Shown piece after piece: positions 45,027 to 64,000 of a stretch of 64,000 nt of DNA. The first letter of the stretch is position 1. Every line of letters starts with the position of its first letter. Origin of the DNA: Zygnema circumcarinatum SAG 698-1b (taxonomy: Eukaryota; Plantae; Zygnematophyceae); contig CM074804.1 in assembly GCA_037447605.1 (NCBI GenBank), positions 1,550,001 to 1,614,000 of the forward strand. Direction: 5' to 3'. Made by a program: the position numbers and the translations under genes. The notes beneath the pieces are model-generated. The model did not search any database and was not told the DNA's origin. It saw nothing but the letters and a program-made list of their open reading frames with translations.

Positions 45027-45715
45027 CCTCCTGATCAACTTTTTTGCTCATTTAATAAAAAGATTTGTTCGCCGTTTGCTCCACTTTGTTCACAACGTCC
45101 AACGCGGGAAGGTAGACCCACGCGCTTTGCAAAACCCAAATTTGATCCATGAATTGCAAGCTGAAAATTTGAAGTGCGGTTGATTCGCCTTCACAAGCTG
45201 TTAACACTAGGAACAAACGCGAACCGGCTGAAATCTGGCGGCTTTACTCGCACTGGCAGAGGGGCATTGCGAATGGGGATGGTGTGTAGAATGGACGTGT
45301 TTATGGCTGATGAACGGTATGGGGTGGCCACATTCTTGAAGCACAATGGCAAAAAACGCTCATCCTTTTTAGCAATGCCGGATATGTGTGAGATTTCATG
45401 GTTGGTCTTCTACATCGGTACGTTCGTGTGTCGAATGAATTGTGGTTGGAGTATACCCATTAACAATGTATAGGTCCGATAATTACAGATATTACAGTCC
45501 GATAATTACCCACTACCCACTACCCATTACCCATTACCCACTACATCATAATTATTACCATTATTATGATGTATTAGTTAGATGAACCGCCAAGGTAGGA
45601 CGACCGAGTGTCACACGACCTGGCCGTAAAGGGACTGCGATTATAAAGCCAACAATTCACACACTGACATCGAGGCTCGAAAGACGTGCGCTTATTTAGA
45701 GAAGCCAAGAAATCA

Positions 45716-45749
45716 AAAAAAAAAAAAAAAAAAAAAAAANNNNNNNNNN

Positions 45750-45779
<30 letters not shown>
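45716..45779 (+). repeat. Long poly(A) run spanning an assembly gap
   Basis: A-runs on both sides of the N gap at 45740-45749; true length unknown. Confidence 0.9.
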
Positions 45780-45781
<2 letters not shown>

Positions 45782-46583
45782 AATCAAAACGAAAAAGTTA
45801 GAAACTCCATAAGGTGACGAGTAGTTTTTTGACATTGTGGAGATAGCGACCATATCCCATTTCCCTAGAGTTGCCTCAGCAGCGGCCGGCAGTCGGTTTC
45901 CACAGCTCCAAATTTTTGTTGAGTTAATGGCTATTACTTTCCAATGGTCGCTAAAAATTGGCTCGGATTCAATCCTTCAGAAATTAGGCGCGTTGGTCAG
46001 GAATTTGCCACCAGTATGTATATGACAACAACACAAAAACAATCAACAGGCTCGCGTATTTCTACACCACGGAAATCGGCGCCTTAGGCACAAATTGAAG
46101 GGATAGTCCACAATCTAAAAAAAGTAAAAAAGTGGTTCACCGCTTCAAACCGAGCATTAGATGACACATGCAATCAGCCCTTCCGACTTAATTCTGAAAC
46201 GAATCCAGCTGAACTGACAACTGAACTGTAACTGAACTGTAACTGAACAGAAACTGAAACTGAATGAAACTGACTATCCTCCACCTGCTTTATATCAGCT
46301 CCTTGGCAATTGCAGTTTCCTAAAACAACAAAAGTACCTCTACTCCTCTGTGCTCTTTCTACGCCGTCCACAACAAGGAATCCTAAGACCCAACAGAACA
46401 ACGCTTTAGGCATGTGAATCCAGACCCTGCCTAACAGGGAAAAAGAAAAGAGCGCATGGAACCGGTTTCTCTGTTATTTCCGCACCTACCCACATCCGGC
46501 CCTCGGTCGACAGACACCTCTGAAGCAAAGGACCCTAACATTGCGAAACCTTGAGCTGCTACCAATGCTGGAAAGCCCTAAAG

Positions 46584-46827
<244 letters not shown>

Positions 46828-46892
46828 AAGAGAGGGAGGGAGGAGGCGAGAGAGATAGTGGGAGGGGGGAAAGGGAGGGGAGAGAGAGAAGC

Positions 46893-62435
<15,543 letters not shown>

Positions 62436-62494
62436 CTCCTCTGTCTCTCACTCGCCCCCTCTCTCTCTCTCTCTCCCTCCCTCCCTCTCTCTCA

Positions 62495-62537
<43 letters not shown>

Positions 62538-63458
62538 ACTCCAAAAGGTGAATGCATTCCAAACCATTGCAAAAGCTGGCATTGCTATGCGCGCCTTGCA
62601 GTAAAAACGCCTCACCGTTGTGTTACATTTTTCCAGTTAAAAAAGTTTAATTGCATTCAAGTTAAGGAATGAGGTGCTCTTGTCACTCCATTGTTTAATA
62701 GTTTCACACTATCCCATCCCATGCCATCCCATCCCGCCCCTGCGCGCGGCCCCCCTATGGCCATGCCCGCCAGGAAGGGAGCAGCATACCGGAGGGTCCA
62801 AGGCACTCTGGACAAGCTACGAACCATAATATAATTGATACTCCGCACATGGAAGTTAAGAACACACTTTACATTCGTCTGCAGTTAGCGTTGTGTTTAT
62901 TCTTAATAACGAGGTATTTCCTTGAGTTTGCAAACCTGGGCTCGGTTTCGCAAAGTTGCAAACCAGAGCTTTGTTGGTCAGCCAATTGACCATACCACGC
63001 CTTCTGAAAAATATTAACAAATACATAATTTTCAGAACCTGTACTTTTCAAATCATCATCATATTATACCTCTCCGCATATTTCCAAGTAGAGATGTACC
63101 GATATTTATTCCACGTTTCTTACATAATAACCGGTACATCTTTTTGCCGTTGCGTTGCCCGCGGGCAGAAAAAAAGCGTTTCGGACGGGGCCAGCGGCTC
63201 CGCCACGCAACCAGGGATAGCCTACACGCTTTTAGCTGGCTAATGACTATGACCAAAGACCCTCAAAATAGGCGACCAAAATTGACCAGTGCCTGGTCAG
63301 GTCCCTGGTCAGCCTCTGAACGTTCCCAGCGACCGCTCCTGTCGCCACCGCCCGCCGCGTCGGCCGTGCCCGACCGCTCCTGGCCGTCCGATCGGTATGA
63401 TGGACGGCCACGATTCGTCCCACGCTGACAGGGCGCTGGCGCCCACCAAGTTGGGACC

Positions 63459-63520
63459 GTACGGTAGTGTACGAAATAGTACGACCGACAGAGAAAGTAC
63501 GTGTCACGTCACGGACGTAC
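63459..63520. promoter_or_regulatory. GTAC-core cluster with 10-bp phasing in the intergenic region upstream of KDM5
   Basis: GTAC at 63459, 63469, 63479, 63497 and 63517, within a GC-rich stretch that also carries CACGTCA. Function is inferred. Confidence 0.4.
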
Positions 63521-64000
63521 CCGCCGTAGCCGCATGGCCAGGCATCCTAACTTAAGGGAATTTTGGCTTAAGGTAAGGGCGTTCCCTTTAAATTGGTTTT
63601 GGGAAAAGAAAAAGGAAAGGATTGATCAGTGGTATTGATATCACAAAGATGGCGATGCGATGCCATCAAATGCACATGGACAAAATCAAGATGATGGGGA
63701 ACCACGAGGAGCAACTGGGCGTAAAGGACCCAAGGACAAAAGAAAAAAGCGAGGAGCGGAAAACTACGCCTCGGCTTAACCACGCATCGAGCCCTGCATC
63801 CGGCACCGGCGACTACTTCAACTTTTGCTGACGCAGGTCAACTAGAATGACAGCATTTCGTGCGTGCGGAAGGTTTAAAAGTCTCAGGTTGCAAACTTTC
63901 CGCCGCGGTTTGCAACTGCAGAGCCAGTTTTGGAACAAAGCTGCACAGGTCGGACCAGTGGATCGGCAACCATTGGACAGCCATTGGATGGCAATGGTTG

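Noticed and set aside
63568-63831. Short ORFs at the window end
   Set aside because: No family motif; could be the start of a neighbouring gene but cannot be supported from this window.

Overview
Eukaryotic, intron-dense nuclear DNA. The plant-type genes, an algal-type 5S rRNA and an Orai channel suggest a streptophyte alga or early-diverging plant (inference). Gene models were built by hand from splice signals and recalled family motifs; no database search was run. In order: 3' part of a kynurenine-3-monooxygenase-like flavoprotein (+); 26S proteasome RPN1 (-, 25 coding exons, one GC-AG intron), head-to-head with Mediator MED30 (+) across a promoter holding two inverted ERSE-I elements; TBC/Rab-GAP with C-terminal coiled coil (+, 19 exons); intronless plastid ribosomal protein L12 (-); Orai/CRAC Ca2+ channel homolog (-); a full 5S rRNA gene and, ~5 kb away in the opposite orientation, truncated 5S copies, bracketing an LRB/POB1-like BTB-BACK gene (-); and a 32-exon KDM5/JMJ17-type histone demethylase (-). 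The most striking signal is the Orai pore helix. It keeps E106 but naturally carries Trp at the human R91 position (the SCID R91W substitution), Thr at the V102 hydrophobic gate (a STIM-independent opening substitution in human ORAI1) and Pro at M104, and it lacks the acidic outer vestibule. Other signals: single exons with ~95-98% GC3 inside otherwise average-GC genes, three promoter-region GTAC clusters, and very long (GA)n tracts. Five 10-N gaps (5046, 29178, 37019, 45740, 48847) limit certainty; the one at 37019 lies inside Orai. Many long ORFs in the supplied track are microsatellite artefacts.
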